Source: Tubiluchus corallicola (lineage: Eukaryota > Animalia > Priapulida). From it: a stretch of 64,000 bases of DNA. The translations under genes and the position numbers were made by a program. This document shows positions 1 to 12,300 of this stretch, piece after piece. Numbering within the stretch: position 1 is the stretch's first letter; every line of letters starts with the position of its first letter. Under the pieces are notes generated by a model. That model was given only the letters and a program-made list of their open reading frames with translations, was not told where the DNA came from and made no database searches. Where the stretch lies: the NCBI GenBank assembly GCA_030141605.1, contig JAQGDQ010000012.1, forward strand, positions 1,072,359 through 1,136,358. Reading direction: 5' to 3'.

Positions 1-122
1 ACTAAAGTTGTATGATGATATATCCACAGTTATGCATTTTAGGGTGCCAACCAACTTTTGTCTGCTAGAAAAGATCACGTTTGGCAATATGTTGATTTAT
101 TGATGACTCATACTGTTTTCAG

Positions 123-290
123 GGTATAGGAGAACCTCCACTGTTACTGGGTTCATCTGCATTCTTTGCCATAAGGGACGCCACGTTTTGCGCAAGGAAG
201 GATGCAGGTTGCAAAGACGACATCAGTTTTCATCCCCCGGCAACTGCTGAGAAAATATGCATTTCATGCGGCACGAATTTGAAAGTTTAA
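123..290 (+). CDS. XDH: Terminal coding exon of a xanthine dehydrogenase / aldehyde oxidase family molybdo-flavoenzyme (gene starts upstream of the window)
   Basis: Acceptor ttttcag ends at 122, then an open frame GIGEPPLLLGSSAFFAIRDATFCARKDAGCKDDISFHPPATAEKICISCGTNLKV* to TAA at 290. It matches the XDH/AOX C-terminus (GEPP with the catalytic Glu, FFAI.DA, PAT.EKI). XDH vs AOX cannot be resolved from one exon. Confidence 0.85.
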   Translation, partial: GIGEPPLLLGSSAFFAIRDATFCARKDAGCKDDISFHPPATAEKICISCGTNLKV

Positions 291-2415
291 AAATTAGTTA
301 AGTGACTTGGTATCGTGCAAAATTATCTTTTGCTTTTTCTTTGGGAACATAATTGAAAAGCTTTGACTAATATGTTGTTTTATGTAATAGTTTGATAATT
401 TAGTACATATTCAGAAACTGCAAAAATTTAGTTTTGGCTAGTATAAAGCTAAATACTGACAATAGGAATTCATCTGAAAAAAGGATGTGAATAGTGTGAC
501 TGTGTTGACTTCTGTTCGTATTTCCATTAGGTGCAGCACGGAGACTTATTTTAGTAAGCATTCATGTGTTAAGTTTTAAGACCAAATTCTTATAGATTTC
601 ATTTGCTGATTTGCATTCATAAACTTTTAACTTTACAACCATTTATTAGTCAGCTGAATCTGTCGTATCAGATCCTATTTTTGCTTTGATACCATGCTGT
701 AAAGTAGATCGGTTACAAAGTATGTATGACAAGTGGTTATAACGAAGTAGCTAGTGCTGAATAGGGCCTAGTAATGCACAATAGCTTGTTAATTAATAGC
801 ATGTTAAACTTTGTTCAGTTTTAATTGTTACACTATACATCTTTAAAAGTAGTAGCATGAATAAAATAAAAAATAGGTTAGTTTTGCATTTTTAGCAGAT
901 TATTTTTTACACCTTTTTTATTGCGATAAGAGGGCTAGTTTAAAAAGTGAAATGTATTTCTTTATCATTATTAGTCTGCTGAATTTATTGTTGTGATTCA
1001 TAGCAAGAGAAAGTTTATTTTTAAATGTTTTATGAAATTATATATAGTATATGCAAACTAGGAGATTGTTATTTAGTTTTCTTTGTGACAAGATGTACCA
1101 TTAAATACTTATTTTTACAATTGTTAAAAAATCAGACACATGAATAGTTATTTATCAGCTAATAAAATAAATAAGACAACTGTTACTAATGATTGTGTGT
1201 TTATGAATTTCAGCCAGTTAAGATGACCTACAAAACTGTGGTTTTTATCCTTTCAATTAATACTGGTAACAATACTGATGACAGTTATGTGCAAATCTGT
1301 ACATGTATACTTGATTATTCATTTCTGTTCAACTAAAATGAACTGCATTGCAGTTGTCATGGAAACGAGATTCAGTGAACTGCAAAATATCATTAATTTT
1401 GATAATGTGCAAGATATTTCAGGCATTGATCTGATGCACTGCAACTTCCACTGCTCTGGTTACCATAGCAACACATCCACTTGTAATGAATTATTGCAGT
1501 TTAGTTATCAAGGATTCATGTGGCACTATAGCTGGTCAACATTGCATTCGGTCACTGGCGTTATGTCAACAGTACAGAATGCTGACAAATGCAGTAAATT
1601 TACAGTTTTTACTTAATAACTGTATATGTGCAATATAAGGCAGCCATTTCAGTGTTACACTTGTGAACTAAAAACAATATTTATGGATTTTAATGGGCAA
1701 CATTTTATGGATATTAATGAACAATTGGACACATATCATAAGAGAGGGAGGGTTGGCCATCCAAAAAGAAAATGAAAGACATGCAGGCTCACACATAAAG
1801 AAAGAGATTTGGCTACATTTTGGAATTCTTTCTAAGTAATGCACATTGCTAAGTGTAAGTAGTATCTAATAAAAACGTAAATTAATAGGATGAGTAACAC
1901 AATATTTTTTTATGTTTTAATAGTGTTCCCAAAATTTTGTACTAACATTATCACATACCATTGATTATGTATACACCATAATTTACACTAATAAAAAAAA
2001 ATTCTTAAGCAAAATTTTACAAAATTATAATACTGTTGTAGAGATTTCCCTTTCTGGTTAATGACTGTGTTCTTGAAAGTTGTATTGTTATAAATATAAA
2101 GCACTGTATTTGTTATTTGAAACAGTCAATGAAGTCAGGTTTGTGTAAGCTGTAATATCACAGTACGTAGTAAGCTCAAACTGATTTCAGTCAGGATTAT
2201 AGAGGTGAAAACTGTTATCTGAAATCATTGCAATTTATGCCAAACCTGAAACTGGCATTGAAAAATTTGCTACTAAATACCAGTCTAATCTCAAGAACAA
2301 AACGGTACGTGTTAATGACTAAAACTGTACTCATCCATCATTCCAGCACAATTTTTTATGTAGCTCTCTAGCCACCCCAGAAACTATGAAGATGTAGACA
2401 ATGGTATACCAGTCT

Positions 2416-2528
2416 TACCAAATTGATCTTTCTTAGCATTTGCTGACCACACTTTTGCAGTAGTTGTTAAATCTACAAGAACTTAAGTACACATTAACTA
2501 CAGAACATCATTCAATATGTATTTGAAA
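2416..2528. repeat. ~110-bp near-identical local duplication, partner copy at 5768-5880
   Basis: taccaaa(t/c)tgatctttcttagcatttgctgaccacacttttgcagtagttgttaaatctacaagaac...ttgaaa occurs twice in the same orientation with few mismatches. Confidence 0.85.
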
Positions 2529-3337
2529 GGTCACCGCTTCACATATTTACGTGAAGTGTTATAGTTTACTATATTATAGTAAAGTGTTTTGCATATTCAG
2601 ATTACTGGCGCATTTTATTTACAACTACATAGTACCCAAATCTAAAAACTGTAACATATGGAAGTACCACAAAAATGTTGTGCACCCTTGAATACTGGTC
2701 TATGAGCGAAACTAACACCAATAAATATTTATAAAAAACTATTTCAAACTAAAAATTTTACATTAGTTACTGAAGAAATATGTGAATGTTCCAACTAGGC
2801 TGAAACACATAGGAAAAATTCAAAATTAAGTAGCAGATGTATAACTGCTAAAAGAAAAAAACATAAATTATTCAGACACTTGTACCTGCTAAACTGGCCA
2901 TTAATATTCAGTGGAAGTTCAATAAATGATAAAAATGCACTACGTTTAATACGTTGGAACAAACTGCTCATTAAATAAACATTTAAAAAGTATCTCAAAA
3001 ATAACCTTCTAAATAACAGTTATAGTCAGCCAACAAAAAACCGGGTCAGAATTCTATAACTCCCCACACTTTTTAAGCTCATTTACAAGACATCAAACAC
3101 TGACTAAAATTTTATATTTTAAACTGAACATTTGAAATATATTTAGTGCTATATGAACAACAATATATAAGGAAGCTAGTGAATAAAAGGGCAAAATGTG
3201 GCAGGGTTATAGCATTAAAAAATGATTTATTTATTTTTTAACTGGAAATTACAAAAATAAATGCAATTCTGAACTATAATATATTTACAATCCATTAACG
3301 ACATTAATGGTCAATAGTTACAAACGACAATAGAATT

Positions 3338-6300
3338 CTAGCTGCCTTTTCCGGAAAAAAATACAGCTCTTGGAGCACAGAATTTTCCCAGCCGACTATA
3401 ACAATCTTTGGCTCTGACAGCAAAGTAATACATGCGGCCGTCAACAAACTGTCGCAATGTGACAGCCATCGGAAGAGGTAATGCCTTGATGTCGGATATT
3501 TTTGTCCAAAGACTAGTGCTTGGTGCAGCTTCTGTGTCTTCATACGAGAAGATGTGATATGAAGAAATATTAGCATGTCTCAATGAGAGCTCCATGTCCC
3601 AGGTAAGAACCAGTCCTGAAAAGTTAATGGCAAAGTGTAGCTTATTATTGATACTTTTGCAATTACATGCTTCCAAAAAACTATAAGACAGCTCAGTTAA
3701 AAGACCACTTTGTAGTTATTTCTTCAACGGTAAAGTCCATTAAGCCCACAGCAAGAGAAAGCTGCCTGCCAAATTTATTGATTTAAAAATGGTTATCACC
3801 TCAAGCAAGTGAGAAAGTCCTTTTAATTTTTCGTTACCTTAACCTAAAAAAGCCCATAAAATAGAAGAAAAAACCCGTAGTTCGTCATCATTACATTCAT
3901 CAAAAAATAGATTGCTTAGCTTTCAAAACAATTGAACAAGAAAACTAATACAAAACTTCCTTCAATTCTCGCTTTAACAGCATACTGTTAAATAGTTATG
4001 GTTGTGCAAACAACACTGAATTTAAAAAAATATTATTACTGAACTTTGACAACTAAATCTTCATTAATTTTCAGAACTGCAGATATGTGGGGAAAATTGT
4101 TTGTCCACAATATGCCATTATTTCTTCTTTATGTCAGATACTTCCAATCATGGTATTTTATAAGTGTGTGCTTTCGGCAAATATCAGATATTCCTGCTAG
4201 AAATATAATGGACATAACAATTGTTCTGGTGTTCAGTTTTGTCTGAACCTCTTGCGACACATACTATAGAAATGATCCTTAAAAGTATGGTATTTATATA
4301 TATGTCGTTAAATATGTTACAGGTTGCTTCTCACATGAAATTAGCACAAAAGATATTTCTAATAGTCAATAGTCAACTGATAAAGTTATAGTCTGTAAAA
4401 AATAAAATAATTTTCTCTCACCATTGGCAACTTTTGAAATGGAAAGTTTCGGAGCTGGAGGTGGTAACTTAGTAGTTGATGCCATTACAGTTGGAGGTTC
4501 TGCCTCAGGAAGAGGTGCTGGGTGACGAATAGCTTGCAACTACAAGACAAACAGATCAAATAAAAACAAAAAAGTCACAGATAAACGAATAGTAAGATTA
4601 GGCTCCAATTACTAAATCTGTGACTGTCGATTTAAAAAATGAATGCTGATTTTCACTAATCGTCAAACTTAATCGCGATATAAAATCTCTGCTTTGGCAT
4701 ATTGTAATACGTGTAATCTGTTTTACAAGACCAGACAGTGTATTTTAAGCTTGATGGCCATGATATCAGTTAGTAAGTGACATGCTGTAATATTATGAAA
4801 GTTCTTTCATCGTCAAAAGAACAAAATAGCAAACTTGCTGCTATATTGTACCAATCACATTTGGGTATGCACATTTGGGAAAATGAATTTTTGATCTTTG
4901 ACCTTATCCTGAAGTCAATCACCTTCTCCTGGTGTTCATTCTGCAATAGCAAGTTTTACATATAGGACAGTGACCTGAGACTATCTGAGACATATTTCAT
5001 CAGTCATCAGTTAATCAACAAATTAGTCTCCTACTTCGCTGTTACATCGTGCAGCTGTAGTGTTGCTTATCTATGTACATGTTGGATTATGATCTTAAGT
5101 CGACCTTTTACTACGAGTATTGACCTCCATCAATACAGAACTTTGAGAAGCACTTACACAAACTTACCAAAGTTTGTGAAGTAAACGTTTGTGCCAGAGC
5201 TTGTCTAAAGCCTTGATTGTGTCAAGGGCTTTTAATCTTGCATACATGGTCTTACGTGCACTAAAGCTAATCTGCTCGATGATTACTAAAAATGCACTCT
5301 AGTCGCTGCATATCAGCAAGAAGGTCAGAACTGTCTACGTAACTTAGCAGACCTTCGTTTATAATACCTTTGAAGACTTTACTGATTTCATGCCATTGCT
5401 TTTACATGCAGAGACAAGTAAGCCAGTTCCCATGAATTAGCAAAAAATAAGCTGGTCATGCTGTTGTTGAAAGCACAGCCAGTATAAAAAACAGATGCAA
5501 GACAAAAGTCAAAAATAAATCACTATTCACTCATTAAAGTAATATTACCAGTATTTAATGTGGCTAATCATTTATGCTGATTTGATAAAATAGAACATTG
5601 TCATTATGTAGTACAACTTACCTGTGTCGATGATATCGTTCCAGGTTGGATTCTTGATGGCAGAAACTGGCGCACTTGATTCGGAGGAACAGAAAACAAT
5701 GAGGTCATGGATTGTTCAGAGGCAAATTGCTGTCTTTGATTTAGCAGAGCTGTAAAAAACAAATGCATACCAAACTGATCTTTCTTAGCATTTGCTGACC
5801 ACACTTTTGCAGTAGTTGTTAAATCTACAAGAACGTAAGTACACATTAACTACAGAATTTCATTCAACATGTTTTTGAAACAAAAACAAATGTATTATTA
5901 AGACAATTCATGTGAAATGGGGCTATGATTAAAAACACAAGTCTAATTCCTATTTTATTGTATATATTAATTTCACTGGTATATATATGGATATATAACC
6001 GACGAGGTTACAGCTCCGATGCCGACACCATTCTCGACGATCTAGACGTCAAATGAAACGTCTCCACTCGTAGGTTCACACCTGGGGGTTTATTTTTCGA
6101 ATTGGGCCCACCACCTTTTTTGACGGTTTTTCGCAAAAAATTGCAAGACTTATACCTCTCATTTCTAGAGAACGCGAACCTGCCGACGGTGGGGCTGGTA
6201 ATGCTTGAATAACCCATTCAACGGTGGAGGTAATAGTCATATTTAGATTTCACGGGAGGGCCACCAATGCCTGCTACATTCCCGGACCCAACCACGCAAA

Positions 6301-9300
6301 TTTTGCTGAAAACTGCTCAAACAGCCTCTAGAAAAACTCAATTTTTGCAACTGTTTGGGCATGTTGGGAAAAAATAAGCACACTCACAGAAAAAGGACGA
6401 AACGGTCTACAAAATGTTGAAGGTTTCACTAGGAGAGATGTCCACAAGATGAAAGGGAAGCATGTATTTCAAAGCTCTTTTTCAACCCCCCTGTGCTGCA
6501 CTCAATTTGGAACATCCTTTGGCTTTGAGTTTGAGAAATTTTGCGGCTGTTGTCACCCGTCGTTCTACAGTGTTATAGATTATACATGTAAGTTGTGTTG
6601 GACTATTATCATGTGAGAAGTGGCAAACAAAACTACGTAGAATGTCCGCGCATTATTGATCATTGATAAACAGTCTAAGAGCATTTATTATAGCACACAG
6701 TTTCGACTTTGCGGAAAATGTTTGGAATGGTTTTGTTGTGATGCTGTGCTGTTGGTGTTGGCGCTGTAGGTGTCGTTATCATTGCCGCCATCATCATCAT
6801 CATCATCGTGGTCATCAACAACATGATCACCATGTAAATTGGTGGACATGACGTGTTGTGCTAAAGATGGTGTGGTGCGGTGGTAGGGTGTGTGTGTGGT
6901 GTTAGTGGAATGGTGTGGGTGGTGTGGTGGGTGTGGTTTAGTGTGGTCTGGGTGACATGGTGTGTGTGGTTTGGTGGAGTGGTGTGGGTGGTAGGGTGTG
7001 GGTTATGTGGTGTAGGTAGTGTGGCATGGTGTGGGTGGTGTGATGTGGTATGTGGGTGGTGTGGTGCAATGTGGTGTGGGTTGTGTGGTGTGAGTGGTGT
7101 GGAAAGTGTGGGTGATGTAGTGTGGTTAGTGTGATGGGGTGGTATGGTGTGGGTGGTATGTTCATTTATGCACAAAATTCGTTAGTTACTAAGTAATATG
7201 CCTTGTTTGTAGGAGCGTTAAAACTTGCACGTTATTATATTGAAAGTTGTACTTGAAAAACAATCACAGTAGCATTAGTTAAAGCTTCAAAAGTGCAAAA
7301 ATTTCATGTTGTGTTTTGCAGCAAAAATGCACAAAAAACATTAGGAAACAACTAAAAAAGTTCGTCCATCAAAAAAAGTTATAGGAAACTTACTTGTCTG
7401 GTTGCTGCTGGTCCGTGAAGAAACTATAGGGAATGACGGTAAACTGCTTTGCATTAGATTCTTGGTAGCACCTAAACAAATCACAGAACATTATAATCAG
7501 AAACCACTCGAGCTGGGTTAATACAGTTTGACATACTGCAAGCTGCTATCTACTCTCCAGTACATTCTGCTCTACATCACAGGACTGGAATCTATCTCAT
7601 TATAAAAAACAACCCAAACTAAAATACTGTTATTGACAGAGGTGTCTCAGCATGTTAAGGTCCTTAATAAGACACATCCAGGGCAGTATTGAAACTACAC
7701 AGACGTGATTTCTGAGGTAATCATCAATCCTTTTTACAACAGGCTCAGTGTCACTTAACCTCAGTTGCCACGTAAAAACCACAAAAACTTCCTCTTGCAT
7801 GAGAGCGAGGTGGAGGTAGATTACGTAAATTTTGTAAAACTTTAACAGATCATGGTTTACAGCTTATTGTTTATAAGTACTCACTACATAAGAAACTGTT
7901 ATCAATAGGCACTGTACAAAGTGAATGACACATTAAAAAAATCACAATAAATTATGACAAAATCACCTAAAATCTAAAATATCAGATTAAATTATTACAA
8001 AAATGACAAAATCGTGTGAAAAGATCACCAATACAAAATTATAATATCACACTAGTAAAAAGTGTAAGCATAAAATCATAGATACATAAGCACATAGTAT
8101 TATATAGATACTATTATTATAAAAATGCTTGCAGAAATGGGTGAATCTTTAGTAGTTACTTAATTTTTTTTAACATTTGCAGCCAGTTTTAGATTCATAG
8201 GCAATTGGTATGTTCTATAAACACTAAAATTTCTGTCCCAAAATGTTAAATGCCTAGTTTTGGGTATCTTAAGATGTAGACTGCCAACAGATCTTAATGT
8301 ATATGTTGAAGTAATAAGCTGGAACATTTCTGTCAAAATTACTATGATGGTTCTTTTCCTTTTAGTGATTTAAAATTAAGAACAAGATTTTAAACTGTAT
8401 GCGATATTTAATTGGCAAGCAATGTAACTACTTGACAGCCAGAGTAATATGATCATATTTTGATGATTTTTAAACAGTGATGGCTGATGTGTTTTGAAAA
8501 CAATTTGTATAGATTTCACTAAGGTAGGAGGTAAACCAAAAAGTAAAGCACTGCTAGAATCTAAATACGATAGAACTGCTGTACAAATTATGTAGTTGTT
8601 AAATCATGAGATAAACAACAGCAAAATCTCATGACCTGTTCAGCTTAATATGAAACCATGCAACAAGAAACAGATACTTCCTTTTTCATTGATAAAGTAT
8701 AGTCCAACCAGTACTTCATTCCTGTATTCATTTCAGTAAAATTAGTATCAACTCGAATTTGATATGACGTACTTTTTCAATCGTTTTTACATCCTGTGAT
8801 GATAGCTTCCCTCTTAAAGTCATCTTTAGTCTGCTGCTTTTGCCCATCCAGCTTTTAATGTCAGCAAGGCATAATTCCATTTGATAAGCAACATTATTAA
8901 GATTAACAGAAATAAGAATAACTTGCAAAAAACAACAACTTGCCACACTCACTTGTTTCATTGGCACTAGGTGGCTGTGACTTATGCGCAGAATTGGAAG
9001 ACCAGGTTGTGATGGAACTTTTACTAAATGAAGAAATTGTAGAATGCAACGGAGGTCTCCCGCGCTGGACCATCACATTTTGAGCTACAAATTATAAAAT
9101 GTTACGTTTTTACTTTAACCTTTCTGTACCACAAAAAACAACAAAATTGAAGCTCAGTTATCAAATAAATGTTATCAAATAAATTAACACTTAGAAATAG
9201 TGGGAAAGTGTGAAACTAGTTTTACCTGATGCACAGCTCCTGACTGAAGGTGATAGTGTTGACAATGTTGACGCTGAAACAAAAGATGTGTTACACCTAG

Positions 9301-12300
9301 CAGGGCTCATTTCTTGTAAAATCTCAATATCTTCATCACATGTCAAGTCTACGACATGTTTTTGTTCAGATTGCAATGTGGAAGCACGTATCATTTCAAC
9401 CGAAGAACGATCAGCCGGCAGTAACTGCTGTGAATTCTGCAAATTTGCACTCCCTTCATGGGGATGAGAACATACACTCATTTGCACATGTCTTGGCACA
9501 TCCTTTGATGGCCGATTTTGAGGTAAGGAAGTATTCAATGTAGTAGAAGTTTGTGCAATTTTAGCCAAAGAAATGGAAGCTGATGGTAACTGTTGTGATT
9601 TCTTTTGAGTGGCACTACGTGTATGAGAATGAATTAATGCACTCAATACAGGCGTATCCCTTGGTGACTGATACTGCAAAGAGGAAGCATTTGACAAATA
9701 GTGAGAAAGACCTTGAGTTTGGTTTGCTATTGCAGGAGCAGTTTTAAAGACATCTGAAGACTGCTTTGAGCAAGTCGATGATGATAATGCTTGTCGATTA
9801 CGTGTACCATTGTATGACTGAGTGTCTGCACTAATTTGCACGTTTTTCGATAGTTCAGTGAGAGACTCAATTCGAAATGTTTTTGCACCAGATGAAACGC
9901 CCAATGAGGAATTTGTAGTTTTTTGCTGAACTCTTGTATCTTCTAACTGGTGACCAATTCTTTGCGTTTGGCACTGTACAACATTTTTCGACTGGAATGT
10001 AGGTCTCGAACCTGTGCTTGGAAGAGTTTTAATCATAGAAGGCACCTCAGAAGCTGAAAGCTGCAGTGAATTTTTGTGCTTTGGAGCACATGAAAGTGAA
10101 TGGGTAGTTGTATCACTTTGCATGTTTTTTGGCAAATCCTTGGTGAGCATGCTAAAGCTATGTGAAGCACTCAAAGAGGAAGCACCTAGAGCTTCCTTTT
10201 GTTTAAATTCTTTAGTTTGGCTTTTGCTTTGTAATTCGCATGGAGCTTGCAACCTTAAACCTGGATTAGTTTTGATCACTTCGATAGCATCAATCGAAGA
10301 GTCTTCTGATCTTGCAAATTTTTGTCTATTGTTCATAATCATTACATTATTGGGAATATGCTTAGCTACACTATGTAATTCTTCAAGATTTTTTCCATTG
10401 TCCTCCATACTTGCTTTACTGTGAACTGGTGTTGCTATACTAAGATTAGGTGAATTTTTTGCATCCGAATCGAAAGACAGATCTTCAGACAATGGCGGGG
10501 CTGTTCCTGTACTACCTTGGACAGTTTGCTGAGATTTACACTGGCCACTAGCATCAAGTGGTTTATCATACTCAACACAATGGCAGTGATAAATTTGTTT
10601 AGGCTCAGTGCGGCTACAATGCTGAAGTGGATGGGAACTCTGAACCCAATTTTCAGGCAGTGGTGGAGCTTTTCCTTCACGATAACCTTGGGTAGTTTGC
10701 TGAAATTTACATTTATCATTAGATTTATTACATGCAGTACAACAAAAGTTAAAAATTCGTTGAGGCCCACTGCGGCTACAATTCAGGCAACTTTCACCCT
10801 GAGATTCTTGCCGATGTCGACTAACATCTTTGGAAGGGAGGTTATCACTTGCAAAGGTGTCCTGTTGGACAAGCCCAGAGTGAGTTGTTGTCAATTTGTC
10901 TTCAGCATGCTGATGAACCACATCATGCTGTTTATCTGCTGTTTGATTAGGTGGCTTTGGAATAACATGATTAGCTGGTAAATGATATTCTGCATCTGTA
11001 GATGTGACCATTTTAGCAAGCTGTTCCAAAATGTCTGATGCCTCTTTTGGTACAAAGCCAGCCTCTGCTTGCTTGAAATTTGAGATGCGTGCCTCTAGAA
11101 ATTTTGATTTTTCTTTCTGCGGGTGTGGCTTCACAATGGCATCCAAACCTGTAAGATGCATGCATATTAATTTTGCAATGCAAACTGACTAGGAACGTCT
11201 GATTTTCAACTTTTTTTGTCTTTCAAAAATATAATAAATTGATCAGCTAATCAGTCCATTCGTTAAAGCAAGTATGATTCTGCCGCTATTTTTATTTTGC
11301 CATTAGTGTAACAACTTAATAACATTTTGACTGTTAGAGTACCACATATCAAACTGAAACACCAATGTAAATGAAGGGAAAATATTCACCTTCAGATGTG
11401 TTGTACTGGGACATGTCCTCTTGCTCCCGCTTTACCTCAACTTTGATAGAATTTTCCAGATGGTCAGATTCTAAAATGATGGTAAAAAGTCAATCATTCT
11501 TCAAGTATTCACAACAGATTAGCAATTCATATTTTCTATTTACTGGCTGTCCATTGATTTGTAGATAACATGACCAACATCCACACTTGTTTATTCATCA
11601 ATCTGTCAGACCATTTACCTGGCTGAGCTTATGCAGTATGTCTCATATATGGTAGAAATATCAGTGCGCAAAACAAAATATGATAGAGCAATAATCGTTA
11701 ACACATGCTTTACATTCAAGAAGACAATTGTTCTAAATAACAGATTAAAACAAACAATCAGAATAAAAGCATATTTCATAGAGGGTTACACAGTATCGGG
11801 ACCAGGAGTACCACACCGGCAAATTTTTCATGCAATTGCACACTGGCACTCTGGCACTGCACATGGATCTTTCTGCATGTCTGCATGTGCGAAATTTAGT
11901 TGTCCTCTGTATCTTCCTACAAATGATCATTTTTCTGGTTAGCATTCCGTGTATGGCTACACGAAATTTTTATATACCTATACAAGTTATTGCTATGGTT
12001 ACATGTAGCATCTCTCTCTAATTATGAATTATGATGCTACAAGTCTCTCTCTCTCTCTCTCCCTCCCTCCCTCTCTTTCTCTCTCTCTTTTGCTTTCTCT
12101 CTCTCTCTACCTCTCCCTTCCTCCTTCCTTCTTTCTTTAACTCTTACTGCATTTTCTTGTTGGCAAATAAAGTCATGTTGTACCACCAGCCAAAGCACCA
12201 CAGGTCAAAGGATGACCGGTTAAAGGACAGCCACAGGCAAAAAACCATTAGTCAATCATTTACCCTGTATGACAAAGGACTAATGGCCAAAGAGCTGCTA

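Noticed and set aside
1278-1616. 112-aa ORF between XDH and ATF7IP
   Set aside because: No recognisable motif or splice partners; probably 3' UTR or intergenic chance ORF.
6663-7175. His-rich and Val/Trp-rich ORFs
   Set aside because: They are translations of (CAT)n and (GGTGT)n simple repeats.
9191-11161. 656-aa ORF as a standalone gene
   Set aside because: It has phase-compatible splice sites at 11148 and 9226 linking it to the ATF7IP coiled-coil and FN3 exons.
9210-11192. Plus-strand ORFs overlapping the ATF7IP giant exon
   Set aside because: Antisense shadows of a real coding exon with no independent motifs.
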